DNA of 64,000 nucleotides from Octopus sinensis. Lineage: Eukaryota. The stretch's first letter is position 1. Each line of letters opens with the position of its first letter. The notes beneath the pieces are model-generated. The model saw only the letters and a program-made list of their open reading frames with translations, made no database searches and was not told the DNA's origin. This document shows positions 38,173-51,874 of the stretch, in pieces. The position numbers were made by a program, and so were the translations under genes. The DNA is taken from contig NC_042997.1 in NCBI RefSeq assembly GCF_006345805.1, positions 34,224,001-34,288,000 of the forward strand, given 5' to 3'.

Positions 38173-38627
38173 CGCCTTCTGCTAGCTCGACGCCTAATAA
38201 TAAGGGAGAATAATAATGAAATAGAGAGAGAAAGAGAGAGAGGGGGGAGGGAGGGAGAGATTGTAGAATAAGAAAATAATGGTAATAAACAATCAAATTA
38301 TCTATTCTACTAACAACCAATACGAAGATATGGTCATATGCAAAAGTGTTTGGTAAAAGTAAGAATTCTATAGAATGGAAGTCTAATGTAAAGACAGAAG
38401 ACATCGACATAGAAAAAAAAAAAAAAAAAGGAAAATGAGATGAGCGGAATAAGAAAAGAAAACAGAGGCAAAAAGACAAGAAAAATTGAACAAAACAAAA
38501 TTAAGACACTTACATCACAATGCATAAGAACTGGCCAGCAAGTGGCTTTATTAAACACAGTAGAACGTGTGTGAATAGGTCGTAGATGTCGAAGTTTCCG
38601 ATAACTGATAATAATAATAACAATTTA

Positions 38628-38661
<34 letters not shown>

Positions 38662-39610
38662 GTAGTAGTAGTATTGCAAATAATAATGCAATAAAAGCGA
38701 ATGCAAGTATGTCTGTGTAGTTTTAATGACTACAATGACTCTACTACGAAACTACTAATTTAGTCCCAATACACGATCTCAGATTGAATCAATTTGACAG
38801 ACTCATATACTTCAAGAATATTATAATATCTATTAACACATTTACAATGCAATCTACAGAACGACCAGTCTGTATCGTAGAGAACCGCAACACGGCAGAG
38901 TTAGAGACGCAATAAATCATAAAATCAGAAACTTATTTAAAAAGACACTAGTTCTACACAGTCAGTTAAATATTTAGCGACTATGTACCAAAAGTAGAGA
39001 TGTGAAAGAGTGGTAGTTGACTGCTGCGTATTGCAAACCAGATTAAGGAATTGATTATTAATGATTCACATAACGCTTTAAAACTCACAAGAGGACTTAT
39101 TCCATACCATAAGGAATGCGATAGCATAGCAGGGAAAGAAAGAAATCGATTATTACAACTGCAGCAACATACTTGCACACGAAATTTGGTTAGATTTTCC
39201 AAAAACTGAAAAATCAAAGCCGAAGTTGGAGCTGAAATAATCATGCAAGCATTATACGTGGCAATTGTAATGAATAGCTACAAACGTGACCAATATTTTA
39301 TTTGATCAAAATTTTCATGAGAAGAATGTCCTATTTAAAAATTAATAAAACGTGCTGTCTGACCAAAATATTCTAATCGAAGCTACGAAGCAGAAGCACA
39401 ATCGACATCTGGTGTTTAAGAGCTGATAATTATAATTAATTACGAATAGAATCCAATGGTTGCTTGACCCTTTTTCGAAGTAGTATACAATGTTCCGTTT
39501 ACTATATTTACTATATGACTCTACGGGTATAAGTAGATGAAAAATGGAAGACGGACAAGCAAAGCATTTGGCGTTTTTCGAGATATATTTACTGCGTAAT
39601 AAACTACAAA

Positions 39611-40003
39611 TCTTTATATATAAAAGAGAGGTTGTGTGCTGTCTGTCTCCTACGATTTAGATTCCTAACTACTCCCACATTTTGCGGTGCAGTTTAACCA
39701 AAAGCAGGTATCTTATAGTCGTGATTCATATCGAGCTCTTCTGGGTATTAGCGCGCGTCTACGATGAGTCTACGATTAAAAAAAAATACCATCAATTTTC
39801 CCCATTTTTAATGCATTTTTGGCATATATAAGGGAAGTAATTCTCTAAAAATTTATTATTAAATCTCAGAACGTAAAAAGCTACAGTAACACCCCCCCTT
39901 TGTGGTTAGCCATATTGAGATGGCTATTATACTTTACATCTCTAAAAATGCTAATATAGTTATTTCCCTTACAAACCCGAGCAACGTCGGGCGATACTGC
40001 TAG
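39611..40003 (+). mobile_element. Non-autonomous Helitron (family H1)
   Basis: Homologous to 36659-37051 with the same A|TC ... CTAG|T ends. Confidence 0.88.
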
Positions 40004-40737
40004 TGAAGTATAAAGTATAAAATTATACTTTATACTTTATTATGAAGTAAATATATCTTGAATAACGCCGAATGTTTTGCTTGCCCGTCTTTCATTTTTG
40101 ATCCACTTATATCCGCTGAATCAGGCACAGCTTCTAGCTGCCTTCGATAGGCAATTTGAACACCTCGTTCCCATTCGCACTTCAAACTGGAATTTTAGTG
40201 GTAAATCGATCTAAGCGCTCGTTAATAGACGAATACTACTTGCATCTTACCTATATGATGCTATGTAGCAATCTCTTACTTTTCTTTAAATATGAACCTC
40301 CACTTTTCCTTCGATGTTACACCAACAGTTAGGCAGGCATACAGCAAACACGTAACAAATCTAATACCGTTTTACTATCACAGATATTATCTTAATAATT
40401 GACAAATGGCTACTGACTGAATTAGAATAAAAATGCGCTTAAAAGTGGGCTCAAGAATCTAGCAGAGATCTGCACTTTATTAAAAGAATATATAATGTAA
40501 GAACTGCATTTATCATTCCATTGGCACAACAAGAAAGATAGCAAATCATTTTAGTAACTACGAGTAACACCAAGATATAAGTAAAATCAATAAAATAGCA
40601 CTATAGAACTGAAGATATTGTAGATATGGGAGACCTATTGATATTGGTTGATATTCTAAGTGAATATCTCAAAGCAGCTGTTAGTGTCGACTATTTGCTG
40701 TTTTTTTGCATTAGTGATCTTCCGTTAATATTTTTTA

Positions 40738-40797
<60 letters not shown>

Positions 40798-40959
40798 GTT
40801 ATTACTACTACTGTTACTGCTGCTGCCACCACCACCACCACCACTGCTACTACTATCAAAACATAAATGTAATCAGAGTTACTTCAGATAAAAATAAAAT
40901 AATGTGATAGGGAATATAAATTAACTTATACCTAGAAGAAAAGGCAGAGTGACATGACA

Positions 40960-41160
40960 ATTTACACGACTTTCGGAGACTGGTTCGAAGGAGAGATGAA
41001 GGCGTAAACAAACTGGAGATCTCGCACGGATGCTTGTTAATAAAGGGGAAGAATGAAGCCTACCACATAAATGGGTCAAGACGGGATTTGAACTCAGAGT
41101 ACAGAAAACCAGAACGAATGCTGCAAAGCATCCGGCCCGATACCTGCACAGTTCAACCAA
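40960..41160 (-). mobile_element. Degenerate family C-like SINE
   Basis: GGGATTTGAACTCAGAG...GCAAAGCAT.CGGCCCG matches the reverse-complement head of family C. Confidence 0.5.
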
Positions 41161-43131
41161 TTTAGGCAGTGGACTGATGCTTTGACTTCGAACAGATGAA
41201 AGGCAAAAGTGAACACAGGATTCTAATAAGACAATGAATGATAAACTGAAACATATCGATTAAAGACAGAGCTTTGGAAATTGAAATCGATGAGGATTTG
41301 TTCGAAGAAGAATGTCCCAATCTTCAATCTTTTCTTTCTTTCACGTAACCATCAGGCAGAAAAGCTACCTGCCCTTCTCGACGGGCTTCGGCTGACACTG
41401 GGATCTGTATTGCATGCAACATCAGTTGAATTCACAAGTCATTTACGTTCGGACACTGAATAAGAGCATTCTCTATGCCATCCAGTATAGGCTGAAGCTA
41501 ACCTTGTTTCTTGTCCACAGAGTTTGTCGGACTAGTAATTAAGTAACACTACTAGACCAGGGTGATTTCTGGAAGTTGGTTGCAGTTTGTTTTTGGCAAG
41601 TCCCAAACAAAGCGAAAAGACACTTAGCGTTAGGGACTATGAAGCAGGAGAACTTAAGACGAAAAGAGAAAATTTATTTCAGATTTGAAAGAGTTCAGAT
41701 CACAAGAAAAGTTAAAAACAATGAATTGGAAGAGAGTTCTAAAGTTAAGCAATTCGAGGTATAAGGCTACGATCGTAGCTTGGTCGAAAGTCCTGCGCAG
41801 TATACTGTTCATCTGATGTTCGTCAACGTTCACGTGTTTTCCTCTATAAAATGCGAGGATTGACGTGTTAAGGCCTCATATCTCGACTGGAAGAGAATTG
41901 TGATTACCTGGTAGCAGTTTAGATACGAGATACCAGGCCCCCATTCTCTGTCTTCGCTTGACCCAGGACTGCAGCTTTGTCAAAGTGACAAGCTTTGAGA
42001 AAACGGAACCTACAAACGACGACCATATGTGACCATCGTTCCATAATATTTGCTGAAGCCATAACCTCAGTATATACCGAAGCCTCATCGTCCATGGCAT
42101 ACCGAATCCTCTGTGCATAGTTAGTTGGTAGCAGCTGAACAGCCTGATCAGTAGAACGTGTTCCGACTACAAGAATCGGAAGAGCAGACACTTCATTCTG
42201 GTCAGAAGCATTCCAAACTAAGAAGGTACACCGGTCAACGGGTTATAAATAATGAAGATCATGTATGCATTTGTCACCTCTTCTTGATCACTCAAGTTTT
42301 GCTCCCTTTCTAGAGCTCATATGGAAAGTTTGCCAATTATTTTATAAAGTAGTGCTAAGTCACGTTTGTCCTTCTCGTCTGTTGGATGAAATCATTGGAT
42401 AAAAGGTATTGACTTCGCAAAGACCTCCTTCTGGAACTGGTTCATGAAAGTATCTCCCCATCACTGGCAACGGTGGCAAATATATATGTTGTTCTTTTTT
42501 ATTGTTAGTACTCTTATTACTGCTTTTATTATGTTTGCCAATTAAATTAATGTTCTTATCACTATTTAGTTTCTGTTTATCAAAGTAACTGTAAATGCCG
42601 GAGCTTATCATTGTAATATCATTGTTTTCTATGCAAGGAAACAATAAAGATTTTAATGATACACGCGTAATCTCCAATTCCCACAATTTTTCAGTGACAG
42701 AAAACGTAACCGCTGATACTGCTGGAATTCGACATGTATCAATAGTTTGCTAAAATACCGAAGACGGAAATATTTCCCTACAAAAGGTATGCATTCACCA
42801 AGGAACACTATCAACGATATATGCAAAAGGAAAAAAACAAAGCAGTAAAATTGACACCTTTGCATACTCATAGCAATTAATTTTGAAGGGTTAGATAACT
42901 AGGTATCAACTATAAAAGTTACCAAGAAAGTATTCTCTTAAAATTGCAGATTACAAAATATGTTCGTGAAGAATAATCTTCTAAGGATCTGTGAAAAACA
43001 GACGTAAAACATGTTTTAGCAACACACAAATATAACATAGAAGTGTATAAGATACCTCAAAACAGAATCATTTTGGAAATGCAGTTTTGAAATCGCAGCT
43101 CAATATCAGGAAGCTGGTTAAAGGTTACGTA

Positions 43132-43552
43132 TCTCTCTCTATATAAACGGCAGTTTGTCTGTCTGTGTGTCTGTCAGGTTGTACCCTCATCCTGACCACG
43201 GCTTTCAACCGATTCTAATGAAACTTGACACACACATAGCCCAATGTCATAATTCAAAACTAACGCAGCGAAAATTTTGAAAAGTTCTCCCAGTTCTGAA
43301 AAAAATTGATAAATTCGACATTGGGTCGAAAATCTAAGCTTTTTATATGCAACACATTTTCTGTCTAGCGGACACAACTCGACAGCTAGGGACAGCTAGG
43401 AACATCGTATACACAGAAGTATTCGAGTGAAGAGAAGACATTGCAACCTACACATGCGCCTTCGTTCCCTAGAGGGAAAGGACTAGATTGGGATTAGTCG
43501 TTGCCTACTAGGGGCTCTTACATACCCGGGAAACGCCGGGCTATGCTGCTAG
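43132..43552 (+). mobile_element. Non-autonomous Helitron (family H2)
   Basis: A|TCTCTCTCTATATAAACGG 5' end; 3' CCCGGGAAACGCCGGG hairpin plus CTAG|T. Confidence 0.85.
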
Positions 43553-44379
43553 TTAACAATAAATATAATATAAAAACCAATCCCACAGAGTAGTACACTA
43601 TTTAATTTAAGGATTTCTTTAAGAAATTCGAGATATGTAAAAGAAGTTTTGGTACTTGTCCTCTAGAATTCTGTACTAGGAGACATCATTCATCTCCAGG
43701 ATCTTCTTTAAACAATCCAAGCTAAATGTGTAGATGAATATTTGCCGATAGGACATGAATGGTTCCCCGTCACATAAAAACACGGATGACTTATCAAATT
43801 AGTGGTTGCCTCCCAGTAAGTTACAAACTACTTTGTAAAATGATAACCGACAAAAAATCTGAAAGTCTACAAAAAGGAATAAGTAAATGAATAAATATAA
43901 AGAAAAGAAAGAGTAATTCATGTCAAGAAACAAGGGTAATTGCGTGAATCCTTTGGGACGATTGATCAGAGTCTTGTGGCACTAGTGGTTGTTGCCGAAA
44001 TGCAAACAAATACTTTTCAAGTACTACGATTGATTACAAGAAAGCTTTTGGTTCTGTATTACACGACTAGCTTATTAAATTGCAGGAGGTTCGTTTGTTG
44101 ATGTCGTTATATTGAATTTCAAGTGAAGAAGTCGTAAGCAGTGATACCTATTGGACTGTTCAGTACGGTCGTCAGCCATTCAGAAAGAAGGTTAATTCGG
44201 ATCTATGTGTCGCGTCTCGTCGTTCAACAAACTATTTGCGTACTACAGGTCTAATTCACTAGGGTATATGCGGCTAACAGACAACAAAGCAAAATATCAA
44301 CCATGATGTCAATATATATATATCCGCGAAATGGATACCTTGTATATATATATATATATATATATATATTTGAATTTAT

Positions 44380-44411
<32 letters not shown>

Positions 44412-44449
44412 ATAAATTCAAATAGATAAACAGTTCAAATAAACGAATA

Positions 44450-44580
44450 AGAGCGAACAACATGAGGACGTGCATAAGAAATGTATTAGGTTGACGCTCA
44501 GTGAATGGCGAGAGTTTGACGTACCGAGCATAGCTCTTCGTCAGAAAGGAGAAAAGGCAAAGTCCAAAGAAGGAAAAGAA
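44450..44580 (-). mobile_element. Penelope pLTR-like fragment with mutated hammerhead (44514-44547)
   Basis: Minus strand TTT-CTGACGA-A-GAGC(TAT)GCTC-GGTA-CG-TC-AAA; the flanks resemble the 19.0-kb copy. Confidence 0.55.
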
Positions 44581-45143
44581 ATTGTCAACAGCACAACTTG
44601 GGATGCAAAGTTATATTCCTTGCTTCAACAATATAGATGAAAAAGGTCACCTGCGTTCAGTATTTCCTGATACAGTGAAATATTGTATTCGGGTGTATCA
44701 CATTAGCTCCTAAGAAGCGTAATAATGTAGCAAAATTGCTTTATATAAGCCTATTCCTCCAATTTCAAATAGCTTTGCTTGTTTTCCAAAAAAGCTATTT
44801 GCTACTCATTAGAATCTCTACCTGTCTTTAGAAAATCGCTATGTGAATATACTACGGAAATTTAGCGGATAGACCACCAGAGATCACGTAATAAACCTGA
44901 CATCATTCTTCAGATAAAAATGACAACAGCAAATTAATTATTAACATAGCCAAATCAAATGATTATAGAATAAAACTGAAATGACTTGAAAAGCTAAAGA
45001 ATTTCACCGATATGAATTAAAAAGAACAGAACATTTTAACATTCAACAGGTGTTATGTCAGTTCGGAAATCATCTACATGGCATCTCATTTGTAATTATT
45101 ACAGTTGAGTTTATACAATATCATTTCTATAAATCAAGGATAA

Positions 45144-46716
45144 ATACAGTCGCGTCCAAGAATACAGGTTGAAAATAATGGAACATTTTCACCATTCTCA
45201 CATGACATTTAATTATCTTGAATATGTTGATTAATCTAGAACTCTTTTCTGAATTTCTATCGAGAATAACGTCCTTTTTGTCTTAAGAAAAGAAACTCTT
45301 GATGTACACAGACACGACAGAAGTAAATAGACACGCCATAAAACATCGTTTTATGTTTATTCGAACATGTAAAGGTTTATATTTTTATTAATTGACATTC
45401 TTATATTTCAGGTTCTATATGTTTAATTATGCCATGTACAAAATAAACCTTGAAACTGTCTGAATTTCTAAGTGGCCGCATTGTGGGTCATTTTGAAGGT
45501 GGACATAGTATAAAATCGCAGAAAACCTTGGGATCCCACTTTCTACAGGTAATAGAGTGATTGTGCAATTCACTAGAGAAGGGAAGGAGTTCACATCACC
45601 GCGTCCAGATCAAGCAGGGCCCTTTGATAGGACCCTTAACTTTGCTAAGAGAAGTGTTGAGGATAATCCTCGTTGCAAGGCCTCTGACATAGCAGAATAA
45701 GTTCATTTCAGTCCCAGAACTGCTGTCGGGTATCTCCACAAACTTGGTTACTATGGCAGAGCTGCAAGAAGAAAGCCACTTCTTAGATCCGTCAACGTCA
45801 AGCGGAGAAAAGATTGGGCCAGTGAGATGGTGGAGAGGCTACTAGCATTTTGGGACACTCATATTCTCTGATGAGTCCAGATACTCTGTATTTTCTGATA
45901 GTGGTCGAGTGTGGATCTGGAAACTCTGTGATCAAGAATTTGATATAAAAAGATTGCAGCCAACAAGGAAATACGGCAGCTATTATGTGATGGTCTGGGG
46001 AGCAATTTAGGGCAATGGTTGATCAGAGCTGGTGGAATGTGAGAGAAACATAAACTCTGATAAATATGTCTCCATGATGCAGAAAGGACTCCTTCCGATC
46101 TTCAGCGGTGGAATGATCAAAGAAGACTCTTTATTTATAGAAGATGAGGTTCCTTGTCACACGGCTAAAATGACCCAAGATTTGTTGAATGAAAATTATA
46201 TTAAAAAGCTTCCATGGCCACTCCAGTGACCATATATGAATCCTATTGAACATCTCTGAGACATAGTGGACAGGACACTTCATAAAAAGAACAAGAAATC
46301 ATCTTCAAATCCAGATCTTTTGAGATTACTGCATGAAACCTGACAAGAAATTCCGTAAGAGAATATTCGCCATCTGAACAGTAGCATGCCTAATAGGGTT
46401 CTTGCATTGAAAACTGCAAAGGACGTGTCTACTAAATATTACATATTCATATTATAACAACTAATAAATAATTTAAATATATAATTTCAGATTTAAATAA
46501 ATTTTAATGATTATAAGGGCATCTATTTACTTCTGTCATGTCTGTGTATTTCTCAGACAATGAAAAATAATGAAAATTTTCATTCACATTCATACTCCAG
46601 AAGTATGAAAGAACTACTGCAAGATTTGAACGTGGAACAGAAATAAATACATACAAATTAACAGTAGTGATGATCATAAAAATGATGATGATTTTCTTGG
46701 AAAAAATGGCCCTATA
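45144..46716 (+). mobile_element. Second Tc1-family element, degenerate long TIRs
   Basis: Inverted match between 45306-45350 and 46506-46552; TACAGT start; internal transposase. Confidence 0.7.
45429..46440 (+). pseudogene. Tc1 DD34E transposase pseudogene
   Basis: GYYGRAARRKPLL...IFSDES...VMVWGAI...EDEVPCHTAK...WPLQ*PYMNPIEHL; D-to-E spacing is 34; many stops. Confidence 0.88.
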
Positions 46717-47954
46717 CATCAGGGTTAAAATTGAATGTTAGAATTTATGTTTCGATATTACAGAATGTATTCTCAGTTGGGATTTTGTTCATTTAGCGTC
46801 AACAATATTTTCAGTATTAGAATTTATTGTTTAACTAAGGTTGCCAACTAATATTGAACATGTCGTGGAAAGTATTTTTTTCCCCATTCCACTTCGTACC
46901 TGAAGAGTGTTATTAATCTTTAATAGTGTATTATTCACAACCTACGCCCTCCCAAGCAGAAATAACCTTAAGAGAAATATAACATGCTAATCACATGTTT
47001 TCTTTATGTTTTTGTTTTATCCTAAAATTAGTACAACGGCTTTTTAGGTTCCATGACATCTTTGCTATAAATTGTTTTAGGGGAAAAATAAAAAACAAAA
47101 ACAAAACGTATTTTAGCGAAATTGTGTAAAATTCAGAATTTTACAAAAATCTTTTTCTAAATAATAATTTATTTTCATTAATAAATAAATTTATTACCAA
47201 GTTTAAGGCATAATTTTTAATTTCGATTATACATTCACCATGTTTCTTGCATGCGATGTAATCAGTATTAACAACTACAGACTCTGATAGTTTCCAGTGG
47301 AATTGGCGCCAGATATACAGACGAATTGTCATTTGAGGTTGTAAAAGTCAGATTCCGAGTAAGTTTCCCAAAGGGAACAATAAAACTTCACTAATATATT
47401 TTGTTGAAAGCAGTAAGAAAGAGAGATGTGTAGATAAGCATTTAGTCGTATGTTTCTCGTATGATGTCAAACTTTGAGTATTATTAATGGGGGTTAGCTG
47501 TCATCAGTGAGTTTACATGCCATAACAGACGGTTGTTTATTGTAGTTATGGTGTCAAATCAGATTTTTAAAATACATATTTCATTTGTTCTATGATGCAC
47601 GTCGAGTTATTTACGTTCGTTTAAATACGTAGTTGAACAACAGGGTTAGAACTTTGGATGGCGGTTCTGTGTTTTTATCTAAACGCAGAGTTCGTATCGA
47701 ATCCGGTCAAATATATATATATGTCTCTATTTTACATTGTACAGATAACATTCAACATTGATTTAGTCGTTCTTTCGTACCACTAAGGACACTTCATCAG
47801 CTTCATTAACTGTTCTCTAATGACCCGATTGTTTAAAGAACAAATATACAAATCACGTAGTTGCTGTCTCACATGAGAATACACATACATTCATTAACGA
47901 ATGTGTGTTTAAAGTACTGCATTTCTATAGTAGTACAAATGCGATTGGATTTAC

Positions 47955-48016
<62 letters not shown>

Positions 48017-48549
48017 ACACAAACGTGTCTGTCTGTATGTGTTTTCTTTTTTTCTTATTTTTTATTCATCTGGATTTTAAGTTATATTTTTATACGATTT
48101 CCTTCCAGTTTGTTTTGAAGAATAAAGTTCCTAAATCCAACAGCAACATATTTAAACGTTCATACTCTTATCTTGAAGGGGGAAAGTAATGGCAGTGTCT
48201 ACTGCTATCACTTTATAGTAAGCAGCGACGTTGATTAGCGTAGACATTATTGCCAGAAGAACTTTTCCATTAAATATATATATATATATATATTAACGTT
48301 ATCAGTCAGGTATTACATTTTTGTTTGTAACTAGTATTATCTATGTATGTTGTCTGAATTAATTTTAGCATTGTGTTCTGTTATGACTGTTGCTCATCAT
48401 AAATCATCTATTTTTGTAGGCAATTCTCGATAGCCTAAATGTGTTGCCCACTATTTTCCTAATTTTGTTTTTTGCTCTGTTGTATAGTGCATTGCAATTG
48501 TTTCTTGCTATATATCAGACATAGCAAATCATCAGGCGGGCCACATTAC

Positions 48550-48580
<31 letters not shown>

Positions 48581-49106
48581 GGTAATTTTTCGTTAGTATG
48601 CTATTCAAAAAGTCCCATGGGTCGTAGTTTGGCCATGACTGCTAGGGATGCAAGGTATGTCGGCAAAAGTGCCGTTCCTTTTTTGATCAGTATAACTACT
48701 AAAGATGTAAAGTTTACGTTAGTAATCGAATTTTTAAAAAAGTTTTGTGCATTTGTAGTTAGTGTAATGTAGGGTGTATTTTGTGCTTTGTCTTGATTTT
48801 TGAAGATATGCTTATTATAATATTGGTAATATGCATCTGATCATTCATAATGATTTGTGTAATTTTGAATAGGTTTCTCTTTGTTTCTGAGAGTGGGTTA
48901 TTCTATGGCTCAGTCATTGAATTACTCCATCGAAGGCTCTCTGTTGCAGGTTATATCAGGGAGAACATGGCTCCAGGCTTGATCCCACTGTGTAGTGCCC
49001 TGAGCAAGTGTCTTCAACTATAGCCTCGATCCGATCAGAGTCTTGTGAGAGGATTTAGTGGACAGAAACTGATGGAAGCTCGTCGTATATATATGATTGA
49101 TTGATT

Positions 49107-49145
49107 CTAGTTTCAGCTCACGAGCTGTGGCCATGCTGGGGCACC

Positions 49146-49148
<3 letters not shown>
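49107..49148 (-). mobile_element. Solitary LINE 3' tail
   Basis: GGCGGTGCCCCAGCATGGCCACAGCTCGTGAGCTGAAACTAG, nearly identical to the LINE tail at 31023-31064. Confidence 0.7.
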
Positions 49149-49226
<78 letters not shown>

Positions 49227-49625
49227 GTATATACGATAGATATGGACGGTCTATGGGGTTACCCTAAATTTCATGTCCATAAAGCGCTTAGCTATGCAGC
49301 GTCTCTTCAGGCCCTAGGTCTACGGTTTCTCTAGAAAATGGAGAAGGAAAAGACTTCATTACACTATATCAACAAGGGATTTTTTCCTTTAACCGCTATT
49401 CGTAATTGACACTGTTAGCGTAAATGACCCTGTTAATTGCGAATAGGAGCCAATTGTTTGAGAGGCCATAGGCCTAGGGTCTGAAGAAACGTTGTAAAGA
49501 TAAGCGCTTTTTGAACGTGAGACCCAGGGTAAACCCATACACCGGTCATATTTATCTTTGTCAGTATACGCTACTGCTCTATAACTTCGAGTGTGCTTCT
49601 TTTTCAGATTTACGATTCACTGACG

Positions 49626-49705
<80 letters not shown>

Positions 49706-49714
49706 TATAGAAGG

Positions 49715-49765
49715 AGCTTCTACAGGACTAGAACTGTTTCATTCAAATGAAATCATCAGGAAGCT
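49715..49765 (-). ncRNA. Type-I hammerhead ribozyme
   Basis: Identical inverted twin of 50259-50309. Confidence 0.75.
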
Positions 49766-49991
49766 TGCTGTCAAAATAAGTTTTGGCATTTATACATTTA
49801 GGCAGATTTAATGGGGTGGTGATGGGGGACTATTTTGGGTAAGCAGGGCACAAACTGTCTTTCTTAGGGGAGTGGTCAAAAGGATCAGTGATAAAGTAGA
49901 TAAATGAATAAATACAATATTAGAATAGAGTTTTAGGTAAATAAGAAAACTATCGCATGTATATATGTGTGTGTGTATGTATGTGTATGTG

Positions 49992-50046
<55 letters not shown>

Positions 50047-50258
50047 TGTATATATATATATATATAAGCGATAGTCTTCTTATTTACCTAAAACTCTATT
50101 CTATTATTCTATTTATTCATTTATCTACTTTATCACTGATCCTTTTGACCACTCCCCTAAGAAAGAGAGTTTGTGCCCTGCTTACCCAAAATAGTCCCCC
50201 ACCACCACCCCATTAAATCTGCCTAAATGTATAAATGCCAAAACTTATTTTGACAGCA

Positions 50259-50309
50259 AGCTTCCTGATGATTTCATTTGAATGAAACAGTTCTAGTCCT
50301 GTAGAAGCT
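50259..50309 (+). ncRNA. Type-I hammerhead ribozyme
   Basis: AGCUUC-CUGAUGA-U.UUC(AUUU)GAA.U-GAAA-CAG(UUCUAGUC)CUG-UA|GAAGCU; predicted cleavage after 50303. Confidence 0.75.
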
Positions 50310-50870
50310 CCTTCTATAAAAGAAATTAATTTACTCTGCTATGTATTGAGTACCTTATTTACTGTGGTTAACCCCGACTCAACCCGGGACCTATATATAT
50401 ATATATAAGTGCAAGAGATACAGAGAAGTTCAACTCAGGCAGACCTTCTTCAGACGATCGTTGGAATACTTCATTTCCTTTAAATATGGCACCAAAACTC
50501 TTCTTAAACATTTATTACACCCTCCATTCCATAATATATATTAAAATTTTAAAAGAAATGTCTTTCTATATTTCATTATTCTTATCTATATTTTTATCTA
50601 TAATCTATTATATTTATATATCTTCATATTTATTTATCCTTGCATATATTTAACATTCATATACATTTTTATATTTCTATATCTTTATATTCTGAATGCA
50701 TTAATATATGTTTTAGACATTTCTATCATATTAAATCCGTATATGTATACACCAATCGTAGGCTACCTGAGTTGAACTTCTCTGCATCCCTTATACTTGT
50801 CTAGTGTCTCGGGTTTGACTCGAGCTCTTCCATGCTTCCTATGCTTTTCTAAAGAAAATGTATAATTATA

Positions 50871-50922
<52 letters not shown>

Positions 50923-50932
<10 letters not shown>

Positions 50933-51234
50933 TATTAGAGACAAAACCACTATTTGCAAAAAAACAAGGAAAGACTTAATCAATACATAAAATTTAATAA
51001 ATTTAGGCAGATTTAATGGGGTGGTGGTGGGGGACTATTTTGGGTAAGCAGGGCACAAACTCTCTTTTAGGGGAGTGGTCAAAGGATCAGTGATAAGTAG
51101 ATAAATGAATAATAGAATAATAGAATAGAGTTTTAGGTAAATAAGAAGACTATTTATTAAAATTTTATGTATTGATTAAGTCTTTCCTTGTTTGTTTTGC
51201 AAAATAGTGGTTTTGTCTCTAATAATATTTTATA
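50923..51234. mobile_element. Foldback with ~80-bp arms whose spacer is a copy of the neighbouring element
   Basis: Arms 50923-51002 / 51152-51234; the spacer matches the reverse complement of 50071-50228. Confidence 0.75.
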
Positions 51235-51874
51235 ATATTTTACTATAAATCGATTTTAACCTAAATCTGATTTTTTCCCTGTAAATTTGGATATATTCCC
51301 TAATATTTATTAATTATATATATATAATATATATATATATATATAATATATATACATGCATGCATACATACATACATATATTATATGTATACTTATATAT
51401 ATACATACATACATATAGACACTCCTGTCGAAGTCTTCGTATGAGCGTTCAACTTTTTACCGAACGACCAGCATAAAAGATTTGTTTATAGTGATGAAAG
51501 GTATGTGCTGCACATAAGCCCACGCTCTCCATCAAAACGACATTGTATGAATAAGTGCATGTTGTATTACATGTCAGGCATCGAAGTGATCGTAGAGCAA
51601 CGTGAGCGGTATATGCATACATACATACATACATACATACATGCATACATACATACATACATACATACATACATACATACATACATGCATACATACATAC
51701 ATACATACATACATACATACATACATGCATACATACATACATTTAAATACATACATACATACATACATCATACATATACATATACATATACATATTTATA
51801 CATATATACACACACATATGTATATATATATATATACATATACATAGATATATATACACACACATATACATATA

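Larger units (their letters stand above)
49703..50321. mobile_element. Foldback element with ~254-bp arms, each ending in an intact hammerhead
   Basis: Arms 49703-49956 and 50068-50321 are near-identical reverse complements around a (TG)/(TA) spacer. Confidence 0.85.

Noticed and set aside
47764-47805. Minus-strand CTGATGA-A-GTGTCC...GGTAC-GAAA hammerhead-like motif
   Set aside because: Stem II is wobble-rich, stem I cannot be formed and no related copy was seen; it may be an ancient remnant but is not supportable.
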